Made by a program: the position numbers and the translations under genes. Positions 37,201-52,200 of a stretch of 64,000 nucleotides of DNA are shown here, piece by piece (within the stretch, counting starts at the first letter, position 1; the number at the start of each line of letters is the position of its first letter). The DNA is taken from NCBI GenBank assembly GCA_964016885.1, contig OZ024742.1, positions 128,464,001-128,528,000 of the forward strand. Reading direction: 5' to 3'. The notes beneath the pieces are model-generated. The model did no database searches. It was given only the letters and a program-made list of their open reading frames with translations, and was not told the DNA's origin. Source of the stretch: Eledone cirrhosa (Eukaryota).

Positions 37201-40200
37201 CAAGGGGGTGTGGTCTATTACCAATAACTAGGGTTTTAACACTGCGATGGACTGGTCTCCTGCCCAGGTGAGTCTATTACCAATAACTAGGGTTTTAACA
37301 CTGCGATGGACTGGTCTCCTGCCCAGGGGGGGGCGTCTATTACCAATAACTAGGGTTTTAACACTGCGATGGACTGGTCTCCTGCCCAGGGGGGAGTCTA
37401 TTACCAATAACTAGGGTTTTAACACTGCGATGGACTGGTCTCCTGCCCAGGTGAGTCTATTACCAATAACTAGGGTTCTAACACTGCGATGGACTGGTCC
37501 CCTGCCCAGGGGGGGAGTCTATTACCAATAACTAGGGTTTTAACACTGCGATGGACTGGTCTCCTGCCCAGGTGAGTCTATTACCAATAACTAGGGTTTT
37601 AACACTGCAATGGACTGGTCTCCTGACCAGGGGGGGGGGGAGTCTATTACCAATAACTAGGGTTTTAACACTGCGATGGACGGGTCTCCTGCCCAGGTGA
37701 GTATATTACCAATAACTAGGGTTTTAACACTGCGATGGACTGGTCTCCTGCCCAGGTGAGTCTATTACCAATAACTAGGGTTTTAACACTGCGATGGACT
37801 GGTCTCCTGCCCAGGTGAGTCTATTACCAATAACTAGGGTTTTAACACTGCGATGGACTGGTCTCCTGTCCAGGTGAGTCTATTAGCAATAACTAGGGTT
37901 TTAACACTGCGACGGACTGGTCTCCTGTCCAGGTGAGTCTATTACCAATAACTAGGGTTTTAACACTGCGATGGACTGGTCTCCTGCCCAGGTGAGTCTA
38001 TTAGCAATAACTAGGGTTTTAACACTGCGACGGACTGGTCTCCTGCCCAGGTGAGTCTATTACCAATAACTAGGGTTTTAACACTGCGATGGACTGGTCT
38101 CCTGCCCAGGTGAGTCTATTAGCAATAACTAGGGTTTTAACACTGCGACGGACTGGTCTCCTGCCCAGGTGAGTCTATTACCAATAACTAAGGTTTTAAC
38201 ACTGCGATGGACTGGTCTCCTGCCCAGGTGAGTCTATTAGCAATAACTAGGGTTTTAACACTGCGACGGACTGGTCTCCTGCCCAGGTGAGTCTATTACC
38301 AATAACTAGGGTTTTAACACTGCGATGGACTGGTCTCCTGCCCAGGTGAGTCTATTACCAATAACTAGGGTTTTAACACTGCGATGGACTGGTCTCCTGC
38401 CCAGGTGAGTCTATTACCAATAACTAGGGTTTTAACACTGCGACGGACTGGTCTCCTGCCCAGGTGAGTCTATTACCAATAACTAGGGTTTTAACACTGC
38501 GACGGACTGGTCTCCTGCCCAGGGGAGTCTATTACCAATAACTAGGGTTTTAACACTGCAATGGACTGGTCTCCTGCCCAGGGGGGGGGGGGGGAGTCTA
38601 TTACCAATAACTAGGGTTTTAACACTGCGATGGACTGGTCTCCTGCCCAGGTGAGTCTATTACCAATAACTAGGGTTTTAACACTGCGATGGACTGGTCT
38701 CCTGCCCAGGGGGGGGGAGTCTATTACCAATAACTAGGGTTTTAACACTGCGATGGACTGGTCTCCTGCCCAGGTGAGTCTATTACCAATAACTAGGGTT
38801 TTAACACTGCGATGGACTGGTCTCCTGTCCAGGTGAGTCTATTAGCAATAACTAGGGTTTTAACACTGCGACGGACTGGTCTCCTGTCCAGGTGAGTCTA
38901 TTACCAATAACTAGGGTTTTAACACTGCGATGGACTGGTCTCCTGCCCAGGTGAGTCTATTAGCAATAACTAGGGTTTTAACACTGCGACGGACTGGTCT
39001 CCTGCCCAGGTGAGTCTATTACCAATAACTAGGGTTTTAACACTGCGATGGACTGGTCTCCTGCCCAGGTGAGTCTATTAGCAATAACTAGGGTTTTAAC
39101 ACTGCGACGGACTGGTCTCCTGCCCAGGTGAGTCTATTACCAATAACTAGGGTTTTAACACTGCAATGGACTGGTCTCCTGCCCAGGGGGGGGGGGGAGT
39201 CTATTACCAATAACTAGGGTTTTAACACTGCGATGGACTGGTCTCCTGCCCAGGGGAGTCTATTACCAATAACTAGGGTTTTAACACTGCGACGGACTGG
39301 TCTCCTGCCCAGGTGAGTCTATTACCAATAACTAGGGTTTTAACACTGCAATGGACTGGTCTCCTGCCCAGGGGGGGGGGGGGGGGAGTCTATTACCAAT
39401 AACTAGGGTTTTAACACTGCGACGGACTGGTCTCCTGCCCAGGTGAGTCTATTACCAATAACTAGGGTTTTAACACTGCAATGGACTGGTCTCCTGCCCA
39501 GGGGGGGGGGGGGAGTCTATTACCAATAACTAGGGTTTTAACACTGCGACGGACTGGTCTCCTGCCCAGGTGAGTCTATTACCAATAACTAGGGTTTTAA
39601 CACTGCGATGGACTGGTCTCCTGCCCAGGTGAGTCTATTACCAATAACTAGGGTTTTAACACTGCGATGGACTGGTCTCCTGCCCAGGTGAGTCTATTAC
39701 CAATAACTAGGGTTTTAACACTGCAATGGACTGGTCTCCTGCCCAGGGGGGGGGGGGTCTATTACCAATAACTAGGGTTTTAACACTGCGACGGACTGGT
39801 CTCCTGCCCAGGTGAGTCTATTACCAATAACTAGGGTTTTAACACTGCGATGGACTGGTCTCCTGCCCAGGGGAGTCTATTACCAATAACTAGGGTTTTA
39901 ACACTGCGATGGACTGGTCTCCTGCCCAGGTGAGTCTATTACCAATAACTAGGGTTTTAACACTGCGATGGACTGGTCTCCTGCCCAGGGGAGTCTATTA
40001 CCAATAACTAGGTTTTTAACACTGCGATGGACTGGTCTCCTGCCCAGGGGAGTCTATTACCAATAACTAGGGTTTTAACACTGCGATGGACTGGTCTCCT
40101 GCCCAGGTGAGTCTATTACCAATAACTAGGGTTTTAACACTGCGATGGACTGGTCTCCTGCCCAGGTGAGTCTATTACCAATAACTAGGGTTTTAACACT

Positions 40201-43200
40201 GCGATGGACTGGTCTCCTGCCCAGGTGAGTCTATTACCAATAACTAGGGTTTTAACACTGCGATGGACTGGTCTCCTGCCCAGGTGAGTCTATTACCAAT
40301 AACTAGGGTTTTAACACTGCGACGGACTGGTCTCCTGCCCAGGTGAGTCTATTACCAATAACTAGGGTTTTAACACTGCGATGGACTGGTCTCCTGCCCA
40401 GGTGAGTCTATTACCAATAACTAGGGTTTTAACACTGCGATGGACTGGTCTCCTGCCCAGGTGAGTCTATTACCAATAACTAGGGTTTTAACACTGCGAT
40501 GGACTGGTCTCCTGCCCAGGGGAGTCTATTACCAATAACTAGGGTTTTAACACTGCGACGGACTGGTCTCCTGCCCAGGTGAGTCTATTACCAATAACTA
40601 GGGTTTTAACACTGCAATGGACTGGTCTCCTGCCCAGGTGAGTATATTACCAATAACTAGGGTTTTAACACTGCGATGGACTGGTCTCCTGCCCAGGGGG
40701 GGGGGGGAGTCTATTACCAATAACTAGGGTTTTAACACTGCGATGGACTGGTCTGCTGCCCAGGGGAGTCTATTACCAATAACTATGGTTTTAACACTGC
40801 AATGGACTGATCTCCTGCCCAGGGGAGTCTATTACCAATAACTAGGGTTTTAACACTGCGATGGACTGATCTCCTGCCCAGGGGAGTCTATTACCAATAA
40901 CTAGGGTTTTTTAACACTGCGATGGACTGGTCTCCTGCCCAGGGGAGTCTATTACCAATAACTAGGGTTTTAACACTGTGATGGACTGGTCTCCTACCCA
41001 GGGTGGGAGTCTATTACCAATAACTAGGCTTTTAACACTGCGATGGACTGGTCTCCTGCCCAGGTGAGTATATTACCAATAACTAGGGTTTTAACACTGC
41101 GACGGACTGGTCTCCTGCCCAGGTGAGTCTATTACCAATAACTAGGGTTTTAACACTTCGATGGACTGGTCTGCTGCCCAGGGGGGGAGTCTATTACCAG
41201 TAACTAGGGTTTTAACACTGCGATGGACTGGTCTCCTGCCCAGGGGTCCCTATTACCAATAACTAGGGTTTTAACACTGCGATGGACTGGTCTCCTGCCC
41301 AGGGGAGTCTATTACAAATAACTAGGGTTTTAACACTGCACTGGACTGGTCTCCTGCCCAGAGGGGGAGTCTATTACTAATAACTATGGTTTTAACACTG
41401 TAATGGACTGGTCTCCTGCCCAAGGGGGGAGTCTATTACCAATAACTGGGGTTTTAACACTGCAATGGACTGGTCTCCTGCCCAGGTGAGTCTATTACCA
41501 ATAACTAGGGTTTTAACACTGCGATGGACTGGTCTCCTGCCCAAGGGGGGAGTCTATTACCAATAACTGGGGTTTTAACACTGCAATGGACTGGTCTCCT
41601 GCCCAGGTGAGTCTATTAGCAATAACTAGGGATTTAACACTGCGATGGACTGGTCTCCTGCCCAGGGGAGTCTATTAGCAATAACTAGGATTTTAACACT
41701 GCGATGGACTGGGCTCCTGCCCAAGGGGTGGGGTCTATTACCAATAACTAGGGTTTTAACACTGCGATGGACTTGTCTACTGCCCAGGGGTGTCTATTAC
41801 CAATAACTAGGGTTTTAACACTGCAATGGACTGGTCTCCTGCCCAGGTGAGTCTATTACCAATAACTAGGGTTTTAACACTGCAATGGACTGGTCTGCTG
41901 CCCAGGGGGGGAGTCTATTACCAATAACTAGGGTTTTAACACTGCAATGGACTGGTCTCTTGCACAGGGGGTTCTATTACCAATAACTAGGGTTTCAACA
42001 CTGCGATGGACTGGTCTCCTACCCAGGGGAGTCTATTACCAATAACTAGGATTTTGACACTGCGATGGACTGGTCTCCTGCCCAGGGGAGTCTATTACCA
42101 ATAACTAGGGTTTTAACACTGCGATGGACTGGTCTGCTGCCCAGGGGAGTCTATTACCAATAACTAGGGTTTTAACAATGCAATCGACAGGTCTCCTGCC
42201 CAGGGGAGTCTATTACCAATAACTAGGGTTTTAACACTGCGATGGACTGATCTCCTGCCCAGGGGAGTCTATTACCAATAACTAGGGTTTTAACACTGCG
42301 ATGGACTGGTCTCCTGCCCAGGGGAGTCTATTACCAATAACTAGGGTTTTAACACTGCGATGGACTGGTCTCCTGCCCAGGGGAGTCTATTACCAATAAC
42401 TAGGGTTTTAACACTGTGATGGACTGGTCTCCTACCCAGGGTGGGAGTCTATTACCAATAACTATGGTTTTAACACTGCGATGGACTGGTCTCCTGCCCA
42501 AGGGGGTGGGGTCTATTACCAATAACTAGGGTTTTAACACTGCGATGGACTGGTCTACTGCCCAGGGGGGGGGAGTCTATTACCAATAACTAGGGTTTTA
42601 ACACTGCGATGGACTGGTCTCCTGCCCAGGGTGGTCTATTACCAATAACTAGGGTTTTAACACTGCGATGGACTGGTCTCCTGACCAGGGGGTTGAGTCT
42701 ATTATCAATAACTATGGTTTTAACACTAATGGACTGGTCTCCTGCCCAGGGTGGGAGTCTATTACCAATAACTATGGTTTTAACACTGCGATGGACTGGT
42801 CTCCTGCCCAGGGGGTCTATTACCACTAACTAGGGTTTTAACACTGCGATGGACTGGTCTGCTGCCCAGGGGAGTCTATTACCAATAACTAGGGTTTTAA
42901 CACTGCGATGGACTGGTCTCCTGCCCAGGTGAGTCTATTACCAATAACTAGGGTTTTAACACTGCAATGGACTGGTCTCCTGCCCAGGGGGGTCTATTAC
43001 CAATAACTAGGGTTTTAACACTGCGATGGACTGGTCTCCTGCCCAGGGGGGTCTATTACCAATGACTAGGGTTTTATCACTGCGATTGACTGGTCTGCTG
43101 CCCAGGGGGGGGGGTCTATTACCAATAACTAGGGTTTTAACACTGCGATGGACTGGTCTGCTGCCCAGGGGAGTCTATTAGCAATAACTAGGGTTTTAAC

Positions 43201-46200
43201 ACTGCGACGGACTGGTCTCCTGCCCAGGGGAGTCTATTAGCAATAACTAGGGTTTTAACACTGCGATGGACTGGTCTCCTGGCCAAGGGGTGGGGTCTAT
43301 TACCAATAACTAGGGTTTTAACACTGCGATGGACTGGTCTCCTGCCCAGGGGCGGGGGGGGGTCTATTACCAATAACTAGGGTTTTAACACTGCGATGGA
43401 CTGATCTCCTTCCCAGGGGAGTCTATTACCAATAACTAGGGTTTTAACACTGCGATGGACTGGTCTCCTGCCCAGGGGAGTCTATTACCAATAACTAGGG
43501 TTTTAACACTGCGATGGACTGGTCTCCTTCCCAGGGGAGTCTATTACCAATAACTAGGGTTTTAACACTGCGATGGACTGGTCTCCTGCCCAGGGGAGTC
43601 TATTGCCAATAACTAGGGTTTTAACACTGTGATGGACTGGTCTCCTACCCAGGGTGGGAGTCTATTACCAATAACTAGGGTTTTAACACTGCAATGGACT
43701 GGTCTCCTGCCCGAGGGGGAGGCTATTACCAATAACTAGGGTTTTAACACTGCGATGGATTGGTCTCCTGCCCAGGGGAGTCTATTAGCAATAACTAGGG
43801 TTTTAACACTGCGATGGACTGGTCTGCTGCCCAGGGGGTTCTATTACCAATAACTAGGGTTTTAACACTGCGATGGACTGGTCTGCTGCCCAGGGGGGGG
43901 GGGGAGTCTATTAACAATAACTAGGGTTTTAACACTGCGATGGACTGGTCTGCTGCCCAGGGGGTTCTATTACCAATAACTAGGGTTTTAACACTGCGAT
44001 GGACTGGTCTGCTTCCCAGGGGGGGGGGGGGGGGGGAGTCTATTAACAATAACTAGGGTTTTAACACTGCGATGGACTGGTCTCCTGCCCAGGGGAGTCT
44101 ATTACCAATAACTAGGGTTTTAACACTGCGATGGACTGGTCTGCTGCCCAGGGGGGGGGGGTCTATTACCAATAACTAGGGTTTTAACACTGCGATGGAC
44201 TGGTCTGCTGCCCAGAGGGGGGGGGGTCTATTACCAATAACTAGGGTTTTAACACTGCGATGGACTGGTCTGCTGCCCAGGGGGTTCTATTACCAATAAC
44301 TAGGGTTTTAACACTGCGATGGACTGGTCTCCTGCCCAGGTGAGTCTATTACCAATAACTAGGGTTTTAACACTGCGATGGACTGGTCTCCTGCCCAGGA
44401 GTCCCTATTACCAATAACTAGGGTTTTAACACTGCGATGGACTGGTCTCCTGCCCAGGGGAGTCTATTACAAATAACTAGGGTTTTAACACTGTGATGGA
44501 CTGGTCTCCTACCCAGGGTGGGATTCTATTACCAATAACTAGGGTTTTAACACTGCACTGGACTGGTCTCCTGCCCAGGTGAGTCTATTACCAATAACTA
44601 GGGTTTTAACACTGTAATGGACTGGTCTCCTGCCAGGAGGGGGAGTCTATTACTAATAACTATGGTTTTAACACTGTAATGGACTGGTCTCCTGCCCAGG
44701 GTGGGAGTCTATTACCAATAACTATAGTTTTAACACTGCGATGGACTGGTCTCCTGCCCAGGGGGGCGGGGAGTCTATTACGAATAACTAGGGTTTTAAC
44801 ACTGCGATTGACTGGTCTCCTGCCCAGGGGGGGGAGTCTATTACCAATAGCTAGGGTTTTAACACTGCGATGGACTGGTCTCCTGCGCAGGTGAGTCTAT
44901 TACCAATAGCTAGGGTTTTAACACTGCGATGGACTGGTCTGCTGCCCAGGGGAGTCTATTACCAATAACTAGGGTTTTAACACTGCGATGGACTGGTCTC
45001 CTGCCCAGCGGGGTCTATTACCAATAACTAGGGTTTTAACACTGCGATGGACTGGTCTCCTGCCCAGGGGGGGGGTCTATTACCAATAACTAGGGTTTTA
45101 ACACTGCGATGGACTGGTCTCCTGCCCAGGGGGGGACTCTATTACCAATAACTAGGGTTTTAACACTGCGATGGACTGGTCTCCTGCCCAGGGGAGTCTA
45201 TTACCAATAACTAGGGTTTTAACACTGCGATGGACTGGTCTCCTGCCCAGGTGAGTCTATTACCAATAACTAGGGTTTTAACACTGCGATGGTCTGGTCT
45301 GCTGCCCAGGGGGGGAGTCTATTACCAGTAACTAGGGTTTTAACACTGCGATGGACTGGTCTCCTGCCCAGGGGCGCCTATTACCAATAACTAGGGTTTT
45401 AATACTGCGATGGACTGGTCTCCTGCCCAGGGGGGAGTCTATTACCAATAACTAGGGTTTTAACACTGCGATGGACTGGTCTCCTGCCCAGCGGGGTCTA
45501 TTACCAATAACTAGGGTTTTAACACTGCGATGGACTGGTCTCCTGCCCAGGGGGGGGGGTCTATTACCAATAACTAGGGTTTTAACACTGCGATGGACTG
45601 GTCTCCTGCCCAGGGGGGGACTCTATTACCAATAACTAGGGTTTTAACACTGCGACGGACTGGTCTCCTGCCCAGGTGAGTCTATTACCAGTAACTAGGG
45701 TTTTAACACTGCGATGGACTGGTCTCCTGCCCAGGGGTCCCTATTACCAATAACTAGGGTTTTAACACTGCGATGGACTGGTCTCCTGCCCAGGGGAGTC
45801 TATTACAAATAACTAGGGTTTTAACACTGCACTGGACTGGTCTCCTGCCCAGAGGGGGAGTCTATTACTAATAACTATGGTTTTAACACTGTAATGGACT
45901 GGTCTCCTGCCCAAGGGGGGAGTCTATTACCAATAACTGGGGTTTTAACACTGCAATGGACTGGTCTCCTGCCCAGGTGAGTCTATTACCAATAACTAGG
46001 GTTTTAACACTGCGATGGACTGGTCTCCTGCCCAAGGGGGGAGTCTATTACCAATAACTGGGGTTTTAACACTGCAATGGACTGGTCTCCTGCCCAGGTG
46101 AGTCTATTAGCAATAACTAGGGATTTAACACTGCGATGGACTGGTCTCCTGCCCAGGGGAGTCTATTAGCAATAACTAGGATTTTAACACTGCGATGGAC

Positions 46201-49200
46201 TGGGCTCCTGCCCAAGGGGTGGGGTCTATTACCAATAACTAGGGTTTTAACACTGCGATGGACTTGTCTACTGCCCAGGGGTGTCTATTACCAATAACTA
46301 GGGTTTTAACACTGCAATGGACTGGTCTCCTGCCCAGGTGAGTCTATTACCAATAACTAGGGTTTTAACACTGCAATGGACTGGTCTGCTGCCCAGGGGG
46401 GGAGTCTATTACCAATAACTAGGGTTTTAACACTGCAATGGACTGGTCTCTTGCACAGGGGGTTCTATTACCAATAACTAGGGTTTCAACACTGCGATGG
46501 ACTGGTCTCCTACCCAGGGGAGTCTATTACCAATAACTAGGATTTTGACACTGCGATGGACTGGTCTCCTGCCCAGGGGAGTCTATTACCAATAACTAGG
46601 GTTTTAACACTGCGATGGACTGGTCTGCTGCCCAGGGGAGTCTATTACCAATAACTAGGGTTTTAACAATGCAATCGACAGGTCTCCTGCCCAGGGGAGT
46701 CTATTACCAATAACTAGGGTTTTAACACTGCGATGGACTGATCTCCTGCCCAGGGGAGTCTATTACCAATAACTAGGGTTTTAACACTGCGATGGACTGG
46801 TCTCCTGCCCAGGGGAGTCTATTACCAATAACTAGGGTTTTAACACTGCGATGGACTGGTCTCCTGCCCAGGGGAGTCTATTACCAATAACTAGGGTTTT
46901 AACACTGTGATGGACTGGTCTCCTACCCAGGGTGGGAGTCTATTACCAATAACTATGGTTTTAACACTGCGATGGACTGGTCTCCTGCCCAAGGGGGTGG
47001 GGTCTATTACCAATAACTAGGGTTTTAACACTGCGATGGACTGGTCTACTGCCCAGGGGGGGGGAGTCTATTACCAATAACTAGGGTTTTAACACTGCGA
47101 TGGACTGGTCTCCTGCCCAGGGTGGTCTATTACCAATAACTAGGGTTTTAACACTGCGATGGACTGGTCTCCTGACCAGGGGGTTGAGTCTATTATCAAT
47201 AACTATGGTTTTAACACTAATGGACTGGTCTCCTGCCCAGGGTGGGAGTCTATTACCAATAACTATGGTTTTAACACTGCGATGGACTGGTCTCCTGCCC
47301 AGGGGGTCTATTACCACTAACTAGGGTTTTAACACTGCGATGGACTGGTCTGCTGCCCAGGGGAGTCTATTACCAATAACTAGGGTTTTAACACTGCGAT
47401 GGACTGGTCTCCTGCCCAGGTGAGTCTATTACCAATAACTAGGGTTTTAACACTGCAATGGACTGGTCTCCTGCCCAGGGGGGTCTATTACCAATAACTA
47501 GGGTTTTAACACTGCGATGGACTGGTCTCCTGCCCAGGGGGGTCTATTACCAATGACTAGGGTTTTATCACTGCGATTGACTGGTCTGCTGCCCAGGGGG
47601 GGGGGTCTATTACCAATAACTAGGGTTTTAACACTGCGATGGACTGGTCTGCTGCCCAGGGGAGTCTATTAGCAATAACTAGGGTTTTAACACTGCGACG
47701 GACTGGTCTCCTGCCCAGGGGAGTCTATTAGCAATAACTAGGGTTTTAACACTGCGATGGACTGGTCTCCTGGCCAAGGGGTGGGGTCTATTACCAATAA
47801 CTAGGGTTTTAACACTGCGATGGACTGGTCTCCTGCCCAGGGGCGGGGGGGGGTCTATTACCAATAACTAGGGTTTTAACACTGCGATGGACTGATCTCC
47901 TTCCCAGGGGAGTCTATTACCAATAACTAGGGTTTTAACACTGCGATGGACTGGTCTCCTGCCCAGGGGAGTCTATTACCAATAACTAGGGTTTTAACAC
48001 TGCGATGGACTGGTCTCCTTCCCAGGGGAGTCTATTACCAATAACTAGGGTTTTAACACTGCGATGGACTGGTCTCCTGCCCAGGGGAGTCTATTGCCAA
48101 TAACTAGGGTTTTAACACTGTGATGGACTGGTCTCCTACCCAGGGTGGGAGTCTATTACCAATAACTAGGGTTTTAACACTGCAATGGACTGGTCTCCTG
48201 CCCGAGGGGGAGGCTATTACCAATAACTAGGGTTTTAACACTGCGATGGATTGGTCTCCTGCCCAGGGGAGTCTATTAGCAATAACTAGGGTTTTAACAC
48301 TGCGATGGACTGGTCTGCTGCCCAGGGGGTTCTATTACCAATAACTAGGGTTTTAACACTGCGATGGACTGGTCTGCTGCCCAGGGGGGGGGGGGGAGTC
48401 TATTAACAATAACTAGGGTTTTAACACTGCGATGGACTGGTCTGCTGCCCAGGGGGTTCTATTACCAATAACTAGGGTTTTAACACTGCGATGGACTGGT
48501 CTGCTTCCCAGGGGGGGGGGGGGGAGTCTATTAACAATAACTAGGGTTTTAACACTGCGATGGACTGGTCTCCTGCCCAGGGGAGTCTATTACCAATAAC
48601 TAGGGTTTTAACACTGCGATGGACTGGTCTGCTGCCCAGGGGGGGGGGGTCTATTACCAATAACTAGGGTTTTAACACTGCGATGGACTGGTCTGCTGCC
48701 CAGAGGGGGGGGGGTCTATTACCAATAACTAGGGTTTTAACACTGCGATGGACTGGTCTGCTGCCCAGGGGGTTCTATTACCAATAACTAGGGTTTTAAC
48801 ACTGCGATGGACTGGTCTCCTGCCCAGGTGAGTCTATTACCAATAACTAGGGTTTTAACACTGCGATGGACTGGTCTCCTGCCCAGGAGTCCCTATTACC
48901 AATAACTAGGGTTTTAACACTGCGATGGACTGGTCTCCTGCCCAGGGGAGTCTATTACAAATAACTAGGGTTTTAACACTGTGATGGACTGGTCTCCTAC
49001 CCAGGGTGGGATTCTATTACCAATAACTAGGGTTTTAACACTGCACTGGACTGGTCTCCTGCCCAGGTGAGTCTATTACCAATAACTAGGGTTTTAACAC
49101 TGTAATGGACTGGTCTCCTGCCAGGAGGGGGAGTCTATTACTAATAACTATGGTTTTAACACTGTAATGGACTGGTCTCCTGCCCAGGGTGGGAGTCTAT

Positions 49201-52200
49201 TACCAATAACTATAGTTTTAACACTGCGATGGACTGGTCTCCTGCCCAGGGGGGCGGGGAGTCTATTACGAATAACTAGGGTTTTAACACTGCGATTGAC
49301 TGGTCTCCTGCCCAGGGGGGGGAGTCTATTACCAATAGCTAGGGTTTTAACACTGCGATGGACTGGTCTCCTGCGCAGGTGAGTCTATTACCAATAGCTA
49401 GGGTTTTAACACTGCGATGGACTGGTCTGCTGCCCAGGGGAGTCTATTACCAATAACTAGGGTTTTAACACTGCGATGGACTGGTCTCCTGCCCAGCGGG
49501 GTCTATTACCAATAACTAGGGTTTTAACACTGCGATGGACTGGTCTCCTGCCCAGGGGGGGGGTCTATTACCAATAACTAGGGTTTTAACACTGCGATGG
49601 ACTGGTCTCCTGCCCAGGGGGGGACTCTATTACCAATAACTAGGGTTTTAACACTGCGATGGACTGGTCTCCTGCCCAGGGGAGTCTATTACCAATAACT
49701 AGGGTTTTAACACTGCGATGGACTGGTCTCCTGCCCAGGTGAGTCTATTACCAATAACTAGGGTTTTAACACTGCGATGGTCTGGTCTGCTGCCCAGGGG
49801 GGGAGTCTATTACCAGTAACTAGGGTTTTAACACTGCGATGGACTGGTCTCCTGCCCAGGGGCGCCTATTACCAATAACTAGGGTTTTAATACTGCGATG
49901 GACTGGTCTCCTGCCCAGGGGGGAGTCTATTACCAATAACTAGGGTTTTAACACTGCGATGGACTGGTCTCCTGCCCAGCGGGGTCTATTACCAATAACT
50001 AGGGTTTTAACACTGCGATGGACTGGTCTCCTGCCCAGGGGGGGGGGTCTATTACCAATAACTAGGGTTTTAACACTGCGATGGACTGGTCTCCTGCCCA
50101 GGGGGGGACTCTATTACCAATAACTAGGGTTTTAACACTGCGATGGACTGGTCTCCTGCCCAGGTGAGTCTATTACCAATAACTAGGGTTTTAACACTGC
50201 AATGGACTGGTCTCCTGCCCGAGGGGGGAGTCTATTACCAATAACTAGGGTTTTAACAGTGCGATGGACTGGTCTCCTGCCCAGGGGGGTCTATTACCAA
50301 TAACTAGGGTTTTAACACTGCGATGGACGGGTTTCCTGCCCAGGTGAGTATATTACCAATAACTAGGGTTTTAACACTGCAATGGACTGGTCTCCTGCCC
50401 AGGTGAGTCTATTACCAATAACTAGGGTTTTAACACTGCAATGGACTGGTCTCCTGCCCGAGGGGGGAGTCTATTACCAATAACTAGGGTTTTAACAGTG
50501 CGATGGACTGGTCTCCTGCCCAGGGGGGTCTATTACCAATAACTAGGGTTTTAACACTGCGATGGACGGGTTTCCTGCCCAGGTGAGTATATTACCAATA
50601 ACTAGGGTTTTAACACTGCAATGGACTGGTCTCCTGCCCGAGGGGGGAGTCTATTACCAATAACTAGGGTTTTAACACTGCGATGGACTGGTCTCCTGCC
50701 CAGGGGAGTCTATTAGCAATAACTAGGGTTTTAACACTGCGAAGGACTGGTCTCCTGCCCAGGGGAGTCTATTAGCAATAACTAGGGTTTTAACACTGCG
50801 ATGGACTGGTCTCCTGCCCAGGGGGGGGGGGGGATCTATTACCAATAACTAGGGTTTTAACACTGCGATGGACTGGTCTCCTGCCCAGGGGAGTCTATTA
50901 GCAATAACTAGGGTTTTAACACTGCGAAGGACTGGTCTCCTGCCCAGGGGAGTCTATTAGCAATAACTAGGGTTTTAACACTGCGATGGACAGGTCTCCT
51001 GCCCAGGGGGGGGGGGGTCTATTACCAATAACTAGGGTTTTAACACTGCGATGGACTGGTCTCCTGCCCAGGGGAGTCTATTAGCAATAACTAGGGTTTT
51101 AACACTGCGAAGGACTGGTCTCCTGCCCAGGGGAGTCTATTAGCAATAACTAGGGTTTTAACACTGCGATGGACTGGTCTCCTGCCCAGGGGAGTCTATT
51201 AGCAATAACTAGGGTTTTAACACTGCGATGGAGTGGTCTCTTGCCCAGGGGGGGGAGTCTATTACGAATAATTAGGGTTTTAACACTGCGATGGACTGGT
51301 CTCCTGCCCAGGGGGGGGGGGGGTCTATTACCAATAACTAGGGTTTTAACACTGCGATGGACTGGTCTCCTGCCCAGGGCGGGGGGGGGGGGGCATCTAT
51401 TACCGATAACTAGGGTTTTAACACTGCGATGGACTGGTCTCCTGCCCAGGTGAGTCTATTACCAATAACTAGGGTTTTAACACTGCGATGGACTGGTCTC
51501 CTGCCCAGGTGAGTCTATTACCAATAACTAGGGTTTTAACACTGCGATGGACTGGTCTCCTGTCCAAGGGGGGAGTCTATTACCAATAACTAGGGTTTTA
51601 ACACTGCAATGGACTGGTCTCCTGCCCAGGTGAGTCTATTACCAATAACTAGGGTTTTAACACTGTGATGGACTGGTCTCCTGCCCAGGGGGGTGTCTAT
51701 TACCAATAACTAGGGTTTTAACACTGCGATGGACTGGTCTCCTGCCCAGGGGGGGAGTCTATTACCAATAACTAGGGTTTTAACACTGCGATTGACTTGT
51801 CTGCTGCCCAGGGGGGGAGTCTATTACCAATAACTAGGGTTTTAACACTGCGATGGACTGGTCTCCTGCCCAGGGGGGGAGTCTATTACCAATAACTAGG
51901 GTTTTAACACTGCGATTGACTGGTCTGCTGCCCAGGGGGGGAGTCTATTACCAATAACTAGGGTTTTAACACTGCGATGGACTGGTCTCCCGCCAAGGGG
52001 GGACTATTTCCAATAACTAGGGTTTTAACACTGCGATGGACTGGTCTCCTACCCAGGGCGGTCTATTACCAATAACTAGGGTTTTAACACTGCGATTGAC
52101 TGGTCTGCTGCCCAGGGGGGGAGTCTATTACCAATAACTAGGGTTTTAACACTGCGATGGACTGGTCTCCTGCCCAGGGGGGTCTATTACCAATAACTAG

